Shown one piece after another: positions 54,493-64,000 of a DNA stretch of 64,000 nucleotides (positions are counted from its first letter, which is position 1; each line of letters starts with the position of its first letter). The stretch is from the IMG/VR virus record IMGVR_UViG_3300042868_010004, positions 32,001 through 96,000 of that record. One strand, 5' to 3'. The DNA comes from a virus. The notes under the pieces are model-generated. The model had not been told where the DNA came from. It was given only the letters and a program-made list of their open reading frames with translations, and did not search any database. The position numbers were made by a program, and so were the translations under genes.

Positions 54493-56457
54493 ATGGCTTT
54501 TAACAATTTCGGCTACTTCTACGATTTTTTAGGTTTATCCGACCTAAAGGTAGTCTATGATTTCTCAGGTTCGTCCGGCGGGTTCATCCCCAGCGTCAGC
54601 CCGGCCCTGCCGATACATTCCGGGCAGTTAAATTCAGTCAATCTCCTGAATGATTCCGGCATTTTTGAATCTAATTCCTCCATTAGAATCTCTAATATTG
54701 ACTCCTCATTTAACACTCTTGGCACTCACATATTCTCCTACGAACGAACAGGCTTGGCATCCCCCTCCGGCCTTCTATTCTCCTGTCTTCAAACCGGCGC
54801 GCTGAACTCCGGCTATAACATCGGACTGACCGACTCAAACTTACTCTTTTTTGAATATATCGGGGCGAATGGTCCCACAGTAGTAAATTCCGACCTGATT
54901 CTCGCGGAGAAAAATGCCATCGCTGTCTTAATTGGGAACAATTCTGTCTCATTCAATCTATACAACTTTAATACTCGGGCTTTTGAAACGAATACAATAT
55001 CCATCATATCCAATCAGCTATTATTTTCGGATCGCTGGGAAATCCGAGGGCTAGGAAATACACTAGGGAATTACTTGTATTTCAACAAGAATGTCACCAC
55101 GAGCAATCTCACCCGTTTATTCTCCGGCTTGTATGCAACCCCGACAGGCTTTCCTGCGGTAAGTGGTTCAGAAATCTATACTGAGACTATCGGTTATACT
55201 CAGGTCGGCAGTTTCGGAGAAGACTCGTTCAATGTTCAATTCAGTGGCTTCGACTCCGAATTCTTCCAACTTCTCAACGGGCAATTTGGTGATCCGGTCA
55301 TTTGGGGAGAGGCGTCCGATTTATTCCTGTTTAGCGGCGGGTCGCCCTCTGGTGTCGATTCCTTCCCCTCTGGCATTTACGGAGCCTTCATAACGGGCGC
55401 AAGCGGCAATCTAACCGGCGATTTCGATCCCTTCTATTACGCAAGTTCTTTCAATTCATATATTTACTCGGGCGGGCAAAATTACCCATATAGCGGAGAC
55501 ATTTCGGGCATTTTCATAATGTTTGATTCTGAATTATCAACATGCCCCAAAAATCCGGTATTCGATCTCAATCTTCAGAATTTCACGGGTGACCCACTGA
55601 CCCTCACCCCGATAGTCATAGAGAAGACCGGCTTCTTCCAGATTTCTGCCCCATACTCCGGTTACATTGAAGACTCGGGCGTTCTGTCGTCCTATGGCAT
55701 GAGTCAAGTTTCCTACTTGTGGAGTCGTGGCGATGACCAGATCGGTCAGGATTCAACCGAGATTCTGACTTTTACCGGTGGCATACAAACACAAACACTT
55801 CGGAAGAATGCCGTCTTTGACCTTGTGAAAGGTGAATTTTCAGCGGGCGGATTCTACCCCTCGGGAAATTCAAATTTCTTTCTGAATGGTCTATTCCAAC
55901 TAGAGAGCGGGTATACAACCGGGGGCAATGTATTCGAACCGACTCAGACTAAGATTGCCGATTACTTCACTGATGGGCAATACTTTAATACGAATCAGTT
56001 CGCCCAGTCCGATGACTTTTCCGTCTATGATTTCGCCCAACAGCAGAATCGAGTGGTCATTCCGAGCGTATATTCTGGACAAACCCTAATTTCCGGGAAT
56101 ACATATAATTTCTCAAACAAATCCGTCTTCCTGAATGGCCAAAGATTGATTTCCGGTTCGGATTATACACTGAGTGGATTGAATTTTATTGGAAATTCTG
56201 GCATTACAGGTGTTGACGGTTTTCTGTATTTAGTTAATAATTATACCGGACAATACCAATACACGGGCGGATATAACTACACAGGATTGTCTTTACCCAA
56301 ATTCTCTCGCGGTTCCTCAATCTACTATCTGAACGGGGTCCGCATCAACCCAAGTCTCCGCATCGAACATTCCCGATATGATAAGATTGCCGGGGAATAC
56401 ATTTTTGATGACACCTCAGAATCTCTGTTAACCTCGTCCAGCTCCGTCCTATTATGA
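54493..56457 (+). CDS. tail structural protein with a possible N-terminal LamG/ConA-like domain
   Basis: LKVVYDF start, beta-sandwich pattern, YLYFNKNVTTSNLTRLF; strongly SG/TG-rich. Confidence 0.6.
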   Translation: MAFNNFGYFYDFLGLSDLKVVYDFSGSSGGFIPSVSPALPIHSGQLNSVNLLNDSGIFESNSSIRISNIDSSFNTLGTHIFSYERTGLASPSGLLFSCLQTGALNSGYNIGLTDSNLLFFEYIGANGPTVVNSDLILAEKNAIAVLIGNNSVSFNLYNFNTRAFETNTISIISNQLLFSDRWEIRGLGNTLGNYLYFNKNVTTSNLTRLFSGLYATPTGFPAVSGSEIYTETIGYTQVGSFGEDSFNVQFSGFDSEFFQLLNGQFGDPVIWGEASDLFLFSGGSPSGVDSFPSGIYGAFITGASGNLTGDFDPFYYASSFNSYIYSGGQNYPYSGDISGIFIMFDSELSTCPKNPVFDLNLQNFTGDPLTLTPIVIEKTGFFQISAPYSGYIEDSGVLSSYGMSQVSYLWSRGDDQIGQDSTEILTFTGGIQTQTLRKNAVFDLVKGEFSAGGFYPSGNSNFFLNGLFQLESGYTTGGNVFEPTQTKIADYFTDGQYFNTNQFAQSDDFSVYDFAQQQNRVVIPSVYSGQTLISGNTYNFSNKSVFLNGQRLISGSDYTLSGLNFIGNSGITGVDGFLYLVNNYTGQYQYTGGYNYTGLSLPKFSRGSSIYYLNGVRINPSLRIEHSRYDKIAGEYIFDDTSESLLTSSSSVLL

Positions 56458-58652
56458 GTATCCGCCATATTGAAAATGTTACCATTGACGGGGCGAATCG
56501 CGCCTTCGGCGGTTATATCTATTCGGTTGATTACGAGGCAAACTTCGCCGAACAGCCCTCCGTTCTGAAAATCTATATTGTGAATGAAACCGGCTCATAC
56601 AATATCTCAAAAGAAGACCTGACGACAATTGGTTCTCCTGTTCAAATCAAAATTGGAACAAAGATGACTCTTTTCATGTATCCCATGAGTTATTCTTATG
56701 AGGATTCGCCCGCCGGGAAACTTCTTCAAGTGGAATATCTGGATGAGTCAATCGTATTTCTAGACAAAGTAGTTGTGAAATTGTCCGAGCCTTCCCGATT
56801 GGTCGGCCAGAATATGGAGCCTTTAGTTGAATCCTATGAGAATACAATCGTTCTCGGCTCCGAAGATTATTCCGAGGTTGAATTGAGTGACACGGAGCGG
56901 GATTTGATTGCCCGTGGCTTCCCGTCTGCCAATCCAGATGTTTTCTTGGTCCACGCGCCAATCACCTATACATTCGGCGAACTGATTGCTCAAATTTCCG
57001 ACTTCATCAATGTCATACCGGTTTTGGATGGTCCGGGGGCAAAATACCGGAAAGATTTTACCGGAAGACTCCGAGAGGTTCTATCGGCATGGTGCAATGA
57101 TCTCGGCTTAGGCTTCTATTGGGAAAATCGCAAGCTGAATTTCATTGACCTGAGAAACCCAGCCAATCTTTCGGCGGTTAAGAGCCTTTCGGATTCGATC
57201 AAAGAACAGAATCGGGTTGTAAATTTTAATGAGTCCTTCTCTCTCCGAGATACTTTTACTCGGGCTATTCACGGAACTAATTATGAAAATGGTCGGACCG
57301 ATTTCATGACCACGATTGGCACGGGGCCGGATACGAATTATTACCTTCGGAATATCCGTATAACCTCCATTCCTTGGGAATCCCCAATAAACGGTTATCT
57401 TTCTGATTCGGGCGGGCGGGCCGCAAAAAGAATTAAAGCGGCAAAATATGGGCTGCCCTTTTTTATCGCAACTCAATTCATCGCGACAGATTTTATCGGA
57501 GAGGACATTCAAGATGTATTTGATGCCAGTAAGATTATCATGAAGAGGGTCGGGTCGGAAACTGACACCACTAAGCTCGCCGCTATCACGGAAAATACTG
57601 GAATAACGCCGGGTGATTTTGATTGGTTTGCTTATTCATTTGTTGCGGAATCAAATCTTCAAGACACCTTCACTGCATATAAAGCTTTGGCGGATTTTTA
57701 TGGGCGTTTTTATACCATTGCAATTCCGTCCGAGGAGCGCGGGAAGAAGTTGTTTGGAGATGATGTTCGGTGGTATCCTCAAAGAAAAGCGGTGAAAGAC
57801 ATTGCTCAAATCATGGCTGTCTTAGAGCCGGTCGCCGAAAAAATTGCCAACCTGCAAACACTAAGCCTTCAACAATTTCTTAATAATGGATTTGGCAACC
57901 CCGCCTTGTCTGATTCTCAGATTAAGGAATTGACGGCGAATAATAATTTAGGATCGGATGGTTATATTATTAAAGAGGTCGATCCCGTTTGGAATCCACC
58001 CAAGAGTGACGGAGTTGTGAATTTCGGTGATTATGTTATTATCGAGGGTGACTCTCAGCAGTCTGCTTTTTCCAAGGACAGTTTCACCGTATTTTATTTT
58101 GGACAAAGAAAAGGTGTGCCACAACCTCTTAACCCGGACAATATTCAAATTCCCTCGGTCGATCTCCTACTAATCACATCGACTAATCTCGATTTCATTC
58201 AGGCTGACAATCCTGACGTAACAGCCAAGTCATCAAAATTCCTATATCGTCCGCCGGAAACCGCAAATGTCAACTATTGTGACCTGAATCGCATTGATAT
58301 AACGGAGGAAATTATAGACCAGTTCGGTAGTTTTGATGAGGCCGTAACAAACGAAGCGGCGGGCATCCCCCAGCAGATCGAACCGTTCTTCTCCTCCGCT
58401 ATTACGGTTCCGAATATTGATTTGGCCGGGTCAGTCACTCCGACTTTAGGGACTGGCCTGCAAGGTTTCTCCATTTCCTATTCCGACAACGGAGTGAAAT
58501 CTACCTATACAATCGGAACGGAAAAAATGAGATTGAGAAATCCTGATGTTTTTTACAGATATGTCTATGACCCGAGAAAGAAAAAACAAGATATTGTCGC
58601 CGTCCCGACTATCTCAATAAAGAGTCGCCGGACATATAATACCCTCCGATAA
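56454..58652 (+). CDS. putative baseplate hub / central tail protein
   Basis: 732 aa; LREVLSAWCNDLGLGFYWENRKLNFIDL resembles hub proteins; ATGA overlap with the upstream gene. Confidence 0.55.
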   Translation: MSIRHIENVTIDGANRAFGGYIYSVDYEANFAEQPSVLKIYIVNETGSYNISKEDLTTIGSPVQIKIGTKMTLFMYPMSYSYEDSPAGKLLQVEYLDESIVFLDKVVVKLSEPSRLVGQNMEPLVESYENTIVLGSEDYSEVELSDTERDLIARGFPSANPDVFLVHAPITYTFGELIAQISDFINVIPVLDGPGAKYRKDFTGRLREVLSAWCNDLGLGFYWENRKLNFIDLRNPANLSAVKSLSDSIKEQNRVVNFNESFSLRDTFTRAIHGTNYENGRTDFMTTIGTGPDTNYYLRNIRITSIPWESPINGYLSDSGGRAAKRIKAAKYGLPFFIATQFIATDFIGEDIQDVFDASKIIMKRVGSETDTTKLAAITENTGITPGDFDWFAYSFVAESNLQDTFTAYKALADFYGRFYTIAIPSEERGKKLFGDDVRWYPQRKAVKDIAQIMAVLEPVAEKIANLQTLSLQQFLNNGFGNPALSDSQIKELTANNNLGSDGYIIKEVDPVWNPPKSDGVVNFGDYVIIEGDSQQSAFSKDSFTVFYFGQRKGVPQPLNPDNIQIPSVDLLLITSTNLDFIQADNPDVTAKSSKFLYRPPETANVNYCDLNRIDITEEIIDQFGSFDEAVTNEAAGIPQQIEPFFSSAITVPNIDLAGSVTPTLGTGLQGFSISYSDNGVKSTYTIGTEKMRLRNPDVFYRYVYDPRKKKQDIVAVPTISIKSRRTYNTLR

Positions 58653-58662
58653 AAGGTTTGTC

Positions 58663-59736
58663 ATGATTTTCAACGCCCCTCGCCGCATCTCAATCAGCTC
58701 TCAACCGGAAAAATTTTCCTATGAGGTCGGCATTTCCGCGCTTAATCAGTCGGGCAGGCTCATTCTTGGGTTTTCCGGAGAGAGCGGAAATTTCCTGAAC
58801 TACACCCTGCAATCAGGCCGCGTTTTTGACTTCGATGGGGATTTCGTTTATTCCTACGGGACAGCGAGTTCAATCGCAATTAGCGCGAATGTAGAAGACG
58901 ATCAGCAATCATATTTCATCAACGGCTTGCCGATTAAACTCTCGCAAACCCTGAATACGGGTGCGGGTCAAATTGATGCATTTTATGTTCAACCTCTAAA
59001 TATCAGTCCGAATATCACTTTTTCTTTCTTCGGGGAAAAGCCCGCATACAGTCTCGGTCAGATAAATTTCAGTGAATTAGACCCAACTGGCACCGGTTAT
59101 ATCATAAATACCGATCCGACCCGTTATTTCCAATTTGGTTCCGGTCTATCCGCGACTACCGACTTCTCTTATGTCTCCGGCTTTACTGGAGTATTGAATC
59201 CCGGACAGTCTGGGGCCATACTTATCAAGAAGAATTTCATCCCGTCATCCTCCGAAGATTTCTCTGATTCGGCCTTTGCTATACCGGTCCAACTTTATAC
59301 AAATTTTGGAGAATTTTCGGTCGATCTCTCCGGTCAGAACAATTTCTCCCCGTCTCAAAATCTGACCACGGATTTCTCTACCACTGTCTCCGGCTCGGGC
59401 AATTTCAATAATTTCTTCAATTGGCAAAATCTCAGAGGACTATCTAGTTTCACCGCTTCCGGACTGCCTTTGACTTTCACTCTTTCAAGAATTTCAGGCG
59501 CAGGAATTTTCACTGGTATTTGGAATTTGCAGACCGGAACGCAGACCTTTCCCTATGTCTACTCGGATGTTCCTTACAATGCGGGCATTCAGGCATACTC
59601 GGGCGACTTGAATACATTCGGGGCGAGCGGCATCTCAGTGAATATCCAGAGATTAACACCCTCCGGGCAGCAGGTTTTGGAATTCGACATTTACGGATAT
59701 TCCCAAAATATAACTATTTCTTATACGGGTAACTAA
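58663..59736 (+). CDS. tail structural protein (SG-rich)
   Basis: beta-rich 357-aa ORF in the tail-tip run. Confidence 0.6.
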   Translation: MIFNAPRRISISSQPEKFSYEVGISALNQSGRLILGFSGESGNFLNYTLQSGRVFDFDGDFVYSYGTASSIAISANVEDDQQSYFINGLPIKLSQTLNTGAGQIDAFYVQPLNISPNITFSFFGEKPAYSLGQINFSELDPTGTGYIINTDPTRYFQFGSGLSATTDFSYVSGFTGVLNPGQSGAILIKKNFIPSSSEDFSDSAFAIPVQLYTNFGEFSVDLSGQNNFSPSQNLTTDFSTTVSGSGNFNNFFNWQNLRGLSSFTASGLPLTFTLSRISGAGIFTGIWNLQTGTQTFPYVYSDVPYNAGIQAYSGDLNTFGASGISVNIQRLTPSGQQVLEFDIYGYSQNITISYTGN

Positions 59737-59751
59737 AAACGGATTGACTTT

Positions 59752-60225
59752 ATGGCTATTCTATTTGGAAGTAAAGGTTTAGGTGACTTCCCAACCTTCA
59801 TTAAGGCGGGGGAAAGTCAGTCATGCCCATTCACCGTCTCCGTCAATTCAACCACGGGAGCAATAGTTATTGGATACGGCCTCGTCAACGGAGTGATTCC
59901 GTCCGGACTAACAGGCTTAAACGTTGCGGAAACCGGAACATTTTTTTTGGTTTTGACCGTAACTCTTGGGTCCGGAGCTGTAACCGGTGCCGTTTTCTCT
60001 GTTGAATCATCAATACCAAATGTTTATTCCGCAACACAGGGATCTCCCCCTTTGCAGGTCAAAATAACAACGCACGCCATTGTTGATAGGTCTGTTAAGA
60101 AAATTATAGGATGTAATAATATAAGCTTAAACGCTATTGAGTTATTCAGAACGGACAAACCCGATCCAACCGTGATTGGAATAACCCCTTATAATTCTTG
60201 GTATGGATATGAAATAATTTCATGA
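59752..60225 (+). CDS. hypothetical tail-associated protein (157 aa)
   Basis: ATG ORF, co-oriented, AT-rich. Confidence 0.6.
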   Translation: MAILFGSKGLGDFPTFIKAGESQSCPFTVSVNSTTGAIVIGYGLVNGVIPSGLTGLNVAETGTFFLVLTVTLGSGAVTGAVFSVESSIPNVYSATQGSPPLQVKITTHAIVDRSVKKIIGCNNISLNAIELFRTDKPDPTVIGITPYNSWYGYEIIS

Positions 60226-60226
60226 A

Positions 60227-62074
60227 ATGATTTATTATTCAACAAGATCGCGACCAGTTGATACTTTTGGGGATGGGTTTACCTCTCAAGAAACAAATCT
60301 TATATTGGGCGGAGCATTAACGGCGGAAACTACTTTTACTCCGTTTTCTGTTATTGCATCATCAACAGCCGATTTTGCTCCGGGGAATGAATGGTGGTCT
60401 TCTGATACAAGATCAACTCTTAAATTAAGTGACGGGGAGAATTCAACAAGATATTTTCTGATTAGAAATTCATCTTCAGCTACATCGCAGTATACCTTTA
60501 CAAATACTGCTGATTTTTTTTCGGCAAATGAGGAGAGTGGTAATAGTGCTTCATATACTTTGTCTCGGTTATTTTTTACCTCTTATACGATTAGAAGTTT
60601 TAGTAACGGACAAAGTTTTTCAAGTATAGGTGAAACCCAAAGTTTTTTTAGTAGCACTGGTTACACTAGTAGCTCTTTCTTTTTTTCGCAAACGGATACA
60701 GATGCATCTACTAGCACATCCGAATCTTCCTCCTTTTCCACGGGGATTTCTAATTCTAGTTCTAGTTCGTCGCAGCAAACAAACAGTGGCTTTACTTCGG
60801 CAAATAATGTAATCACTTACGGCTCCTCTACTATTCTATCTACTGTTGATGTATATAACTATTGCTTGACGACGAGTGAAACCTACGCGACAAATTACGT
60901 GGGCAATTCCACTACAACATTTTCAACGACGCTTACTAGAACAACTACTTACGAAACAGAATCCACTCAAAATATAAAAGGTTTGGCTACGGCAACCGCA
61001 TTAGGATTTGCTGTTATTTTAGAGCCTATTTATGAGGCGGAAAACTTTATAAATAAATATTACGGAGGAGGGCGGAATATAATAGGTTATTATAATTATT
61101 CAATAAGCAAAACAGAAACAGTCACAAGCGGGCCTTTTCTTTTGACGGGAAGTTTATTTACAAAAAAGTCTTTTGAAGCAAGTCAATTCTTCCCTAGGAT
61201 CACTGTTGAAGCGGTCCCGGCCAGCACATATACTTTAACGAGTTCATTTATTAATACCTCTAAAGTAACGGAAACCGCTACAAATAGCTCCGCTTCCTTT
61301 ATTTTTAGTGAGGGTCTTTTGATTACAACTAGGACGCAGGCTTTTATTTACGATCAGACCTCTGAATCCACTTTTACGCTCACTAATCCAAATTCTGATT
61401 TTTCGACATATCAAGAGTGGATAAATTTTATACAAAAAACAACCAGAAGAATAATTTGTAAAACTACTGGCGATGTAACGGCAGAAAATATAATATCCCA
61501 TCTTTTTACAAGTTATACGTCATATTCTAGGCGTAATTTAATCAATTTTACCAAACCCAGAGACACCACTTTCGTTGATGGGTTTGGGATTTCGATTACT
61601 AGAAATTATTCTCGCAAATATGAGTTTGTAACCAGAACCGATATTAATTATTTTGCTGGACTAGGAAGTCAGTTATCAGGAACCTCTTTTTCTATTTCTT
61701 ACGGGAATACCTATACTTCTGATACCGGTGCGGGAGCCTTTACCTCTCAATTATCTACTAGAGTGCTTGATATTGATTTTGAATCAATTTTCTTTGGCGG
61801 GAAACTACCTACCTCAACCGATGGGCCGTCTAGCGTTTTTGGGGAAAATATGGCATGCCAGATAACTTATCTGGACGACAGTGGCGGCAGCACATTGGTT
61901 CCGGCTGGATTTTATACAGAAATAAGCGAAAATATTTCGAACAAGCAAATTGCAATTGATATTATTGGCTCTCTTGGGCTGAATCTGATTACCTATTTAC
62001 AATCTACGGCTGGTTTACCCCCAATTATAGAAAGTTCTATTTTATACGACGGGGGAGAATCTTTTAGTCCTTAG
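60227..62074 (+). CDS. Ser/Thr-rich (mucin-like) protein (615 aa)
   Basis: tracts such as STSTSESSSFSTGISNSSSSSSQQTNS and STTTFSTTLTRTTTYET; last gene of the late run; AT-rich. Confidence 0.75.
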   Translation: MIYYSTRSRPVDTFGDGFTSQETNLILGGALTAETTFTPFSVIASSTADFAPGNEWWSSDTRSTLKLSDGENSTRYFLIRNSSSATSQYTFTNTADFFSANEESGNSASYTLSRLFFTSYTIRSFSNGQSFSSIGETQSFFSSTGYTSSSFFFSQTDTDASTSTSESSSFSTGISNSSSSSSQQTNSGFTSANNVITYGSSTILSTVDVYNYCLTTSETYATNYVGNSTTTFSTTLTRTTTYETESTQNIKGLATATALGFAVILEPIYEAENFINKYYGGGRNIIGYYNYSISKTETVTSGPFLLTGSLFTKKSFEASQFFPRITVEAVPASTYTLTSSFINTSKVTETATNSSASFIFSEGLLITTRTQAFIYDQTSESTFTLTNPNSDFSTYQEWINFIQKTTRRIICKTTGDVTAENIISHLFTSYTSYSRRNLINFTKPRDTTFVDGFGISITRNYSRKYEFVTRTDINYFAGLGSQLSGTSFSISYGNTYTSDTGAGAFTSQLSTRVLDIDFESIFFGGKLPTSTDGPSSVFGENMACQITYLDDSGGSTLVPAGFYTEISENISNKQIAIDIIGSLGLNLITYLQSTAGLPPIIESSILYDGGESFSP

Positions 62075-63108
62075 TTTCCAAGCCATTTTACCACGCGAGT
62101 TCGTGGATGGCCCCTATATTCCCCTTCTTTTTCGTGATAGGAAATTATATGCTGATATTCATTTTTTTCAGCTCCCTTTTTCCGTGTGGCGATAACATGG
62201 TCGCATAAACAATGGGGAACGGTGTTCATTTTTATTCCATTTGGATGAAAGTAATTCCACATCATGTATAAATCTTCTGTTCCCTTGCCTTCGTATCCAT
62301 CAAAAATAGCATAAGAAAGAGCGGTTCTTCCCATCAAAAGGCATCCACAACCATGCCAGTCAACAGGGACGCAGCTCGTGCCGAGCCCTATTGCTGGATA
62401 TGCACTCGACATCCATCCTCTGCGTCTCCATCCGTATTTCGCAATAACCTCCCAAATATTACCGTCAGGAGGGCATTCTTTAATTTTTTTTCTAGTGTTT
62501 TCCCATTTATCCAACTGTTCCTTGGAAGGCTCTTTTTTTTCTTTACTTAGAGCCGCCATCTCTTCCTCGTCTTTTTTAATCTCCTCTTTTAGATCTTCTG
62601 GTAACTTTCTTTCGCTGGGTAAAAAATCTTCCGCAATTTGATTTTGATAAGTTCCGAATCCGCCCAAAAACTCCGTATTCGGATATGGACAACTAGAAAC
62701 CTGATAATACCCACCATCAAACTCCAACGTATTCAACATACAGCGAAGCGCGTTCGGGGGCGGTAGCGTATCGCTGTCCAAGCTCCAGCAAAAATCCGCG
62801 TTCAGTCGTCTTGCTTCTGTAAAAGCCGCGTCTCTTAATTTAGAAATTGTTAATTGGGCCGTTTCCTTATAGTTTTTCGCTGTCTCGTCTTCAGTTAGAA
62901 CATTTAGGTGGATAACTTCTGAAAAAAGGGTTTTCCAATAGGAGACAGCAGATAGGCATTCCGATGAGTTATCCCCCGAGATAACAACAAACTCCTCCAC
63001 CATCCCCCTATCTTTTAAAAGACTTATATTGGAATGAACTCTTCTTGCCAGCGTTTTCATCGCGTAGCAATAGTTTTTTGTCGCGCAAACCGTAATGACT
63101 AATTTCAA
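62071..63108 (-). CDS. GT-A fold glycosyltransferase
   Basis: N-terminal LVITVCAT strand, WSLDSDTLPPPNAL (DxD), HGCGCLLM, late DH motif. Confidence 0.75.
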   Translation of the reverse strand: MKLVITVCATKNYCYAMKTLARRVHSNISLLKDRGMVEEFVVISGDNSSECLSAVSYWKTLFSEVIHLNVLTEDETAKNYKETAQLTISKLRDAAFTEARRLNADFCWSLDSDTLPPPNALRCMLNTLEFDGGYYQVSSCPYPNTEFLGGFGTYQNQIAEDFLPSERKLPEDLKEEIKKDEEEMAALSKEKKEPSKEQLDKWENTRKKIKECPPDGNIWEVIAKYGWRRRGWMSSAYPAIGLGTSCVPVDWHGCGCLLMGRTALSYAIFDGYEGKGTEDLYMMWNYFHPNGIKMNTVPHCLCDHVIATRKKGAEKNEYQHIISYHEKEGEYRGHPRTRVVKWLGN

Positions 63109-63117
63109 AAGGATGAG

Positions 63118-63960
63118 TTAGAGGTTGTTAATCTTGCCAAGCAGGATGTAAATATCCTTTGCCGGGATATCTTTATAAGTCTTCCATTCGAGATAATCCG
63201 AGGATAGACTTTCTTTACATTCCGAGGCAATTTCTGTCAGTTTGAGCCAAGTCAATCCCTTTTGCTTGGCTTTGGAAATCAGGGAGTCGATTGGTTTTGT
63301 GCCGAGAACCGCATTTGAATTTTCATCGGACTTTGGGGCCGTGTGTTTTGCTTCTTTAACTTCCTCGTAACCAAGAACTTGTATTTGCAAGAAATTCTTT
63401 ACACTTCTGATGAAACTGCGATTCTCGGCGAATGCGGTCAGGTAATAAACATCGAAGATGGGCTTTGCATTATTGGTTGTGGCATCGCCCAATCCAGTGA
63501 ATACCACCTCCCGATTTTCTGTCTCATAATTAGGAATCCAAGTGATCTTACAAGCTACGGAGACCTCCCCGTGTGAACCAATAGACGGTTGTGAATACTC
63601 AACTTTGGAAAAGCCACGGAGGGCTGCAATGTATTTAATACCGGAAAGTAGAAGGAGGAGGTGTTTGTCTTCAACTTCATCAACCGTAACCTCCACAATC
63701 GGTTTGCCGGTCAGCTCTTGAATTTCCTTTTCTTTCTGGCTATTCAAAACAAAATGCTTTTTCGGAATCATTGCCTTCCAATCAACTCGACCATCCTCCG
63801 TGAAGATGTAATTCACCCCATGAATGAGGCCGTATTCATTCCGCGTAATGAGTTTAGGTGGAATGTTTGTCGCGGGCGGGCTAACCTCCGCAAACATTTC
63901 AAGCTGAGTAGAGGCCGCGTCTTGCGGGGTTGCGTCTGAATTTTTCTTAGGGCGTCCCAT
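63118..63960 (-). CDS. putative ssDNA annealing protein (Rad52/Sak-like)
   Basis: LLLLSGIKYIAALRGF...VACKITW...FTGLGDAT...YLTAFAENRSFIRSV pattern resembling phage annealases. Confidence 0.5.
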   Translation of the reverse strand: MGRPKKNSDATPQDAASTQLEMFAEVSPPATNIPPKLITRNEYGLIHGVNYIFTEDGRVDWKAMIPKKHFVLNSQKEKEIQELTGKPIVEVTVDEVEDKHLLLLLSGIKYIAALRGFSKVEYSQPSIGSHGEVSVACKITWIPNYETENREVVFTGLGDATTNNAKPIFDVYYLTAFAENRSFIRSVKNFLQIQVLGYEEVKEAKHTAPKSDENSNAVLGTKPIDSLISKAKQKGLTWLKLTEIASECKESLSSDYLEWKTYKDIPAKDIYILLGKINNL

Positions 63961-64000
63961 AATGATGAATTATATTTGAGTTTGAATTGGTTTGATTAGT

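Noticed and set aside
52100-62074. Diversity-generating retroelement acting on fibre genes
   Set aside because: No reverse transcriptase and no TR/VR pair differing at adenines was seen; the repeats in 52500-52950 are Gly-codon repeats.
1-64000. tRNA, tmRNA or rRNA genes
   Set aside because: No cloverleaf with T-loop GTTCRA and matching acceptor stem, and no tmRNA ends or rRNA motifs, were recognised by eye; tRNAscan/ARAGORN would be needed to exclude them fully.
1-64000. Integron integrase or attI site for the cassette array
   Set aside because: No ORF with tyrosine-recombinase R-H-R-Y motifs was seen, and no convincing attI; the GTTAGGC at 34312 is only part of a short hairpin.
1-64000. 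Stop-codon reassignment
   Set aside because: Long genes read through under the standard code and use TAA, TGA and TAG as real stops; only one internal TAA (601) was found.

Overview
This 64 kb window is part of a large tailed dsDNA phage (Caudoviricetes). It is probably long-tailed and non-contractile: there is a 2018-aa tape measure protein and no sheath gene is visible. 1-3 kb holds small plus-strand early-type genes with sigma70-like promoters, including a RadC/JAB protein. 3-6 kb is mostly non-coding, with a helically phased repeat array and one GC-rich orphan gene. 6-17.6 kb carries two sigma factors, a lysozyme, Hsp20, ClpP, a GIY-YIG/AP2 endonuclease, PhoH, a fibre-like gene and a lipoprotein with spanin-like topology. 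17.7-33.9 kb is the packaging and head module (ERCC4 nuclease, TerL, portal, protease/scaffold, decoration protein, major capsid, neck, major tail protein), with two free-standing LAGLIDADG genes. A ~6.2 kb accessory island (34.0-40.1 kb) splits the tail operon. It holds a candidate ~315-nt structured RNA and the main finding: an integron-type gene-cassette array with three canonical attC sites plus two half sites, all oriented with the minus-strand cargo ORFs, one of which is a Zn-ribbon/Mrr-nuclease/FtsK-gamma fusion. No integrase is present in the window. 40.2-62 kb holds chaperones, tape measure and tail-tip genes, including an Ig-fold plus trypsin-like protease gene and a Ser/Thr-rich gene convergent with a glycosyltransferase. 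A recurrent GTGTAA box, often 9-10 nt before the ATG, looks like a phage late promoter giving near-leaderless mRNAs. No tRNA, rRNA or CRISPR array was recognised. All calls come from motif reading by eye; no database searches were run.
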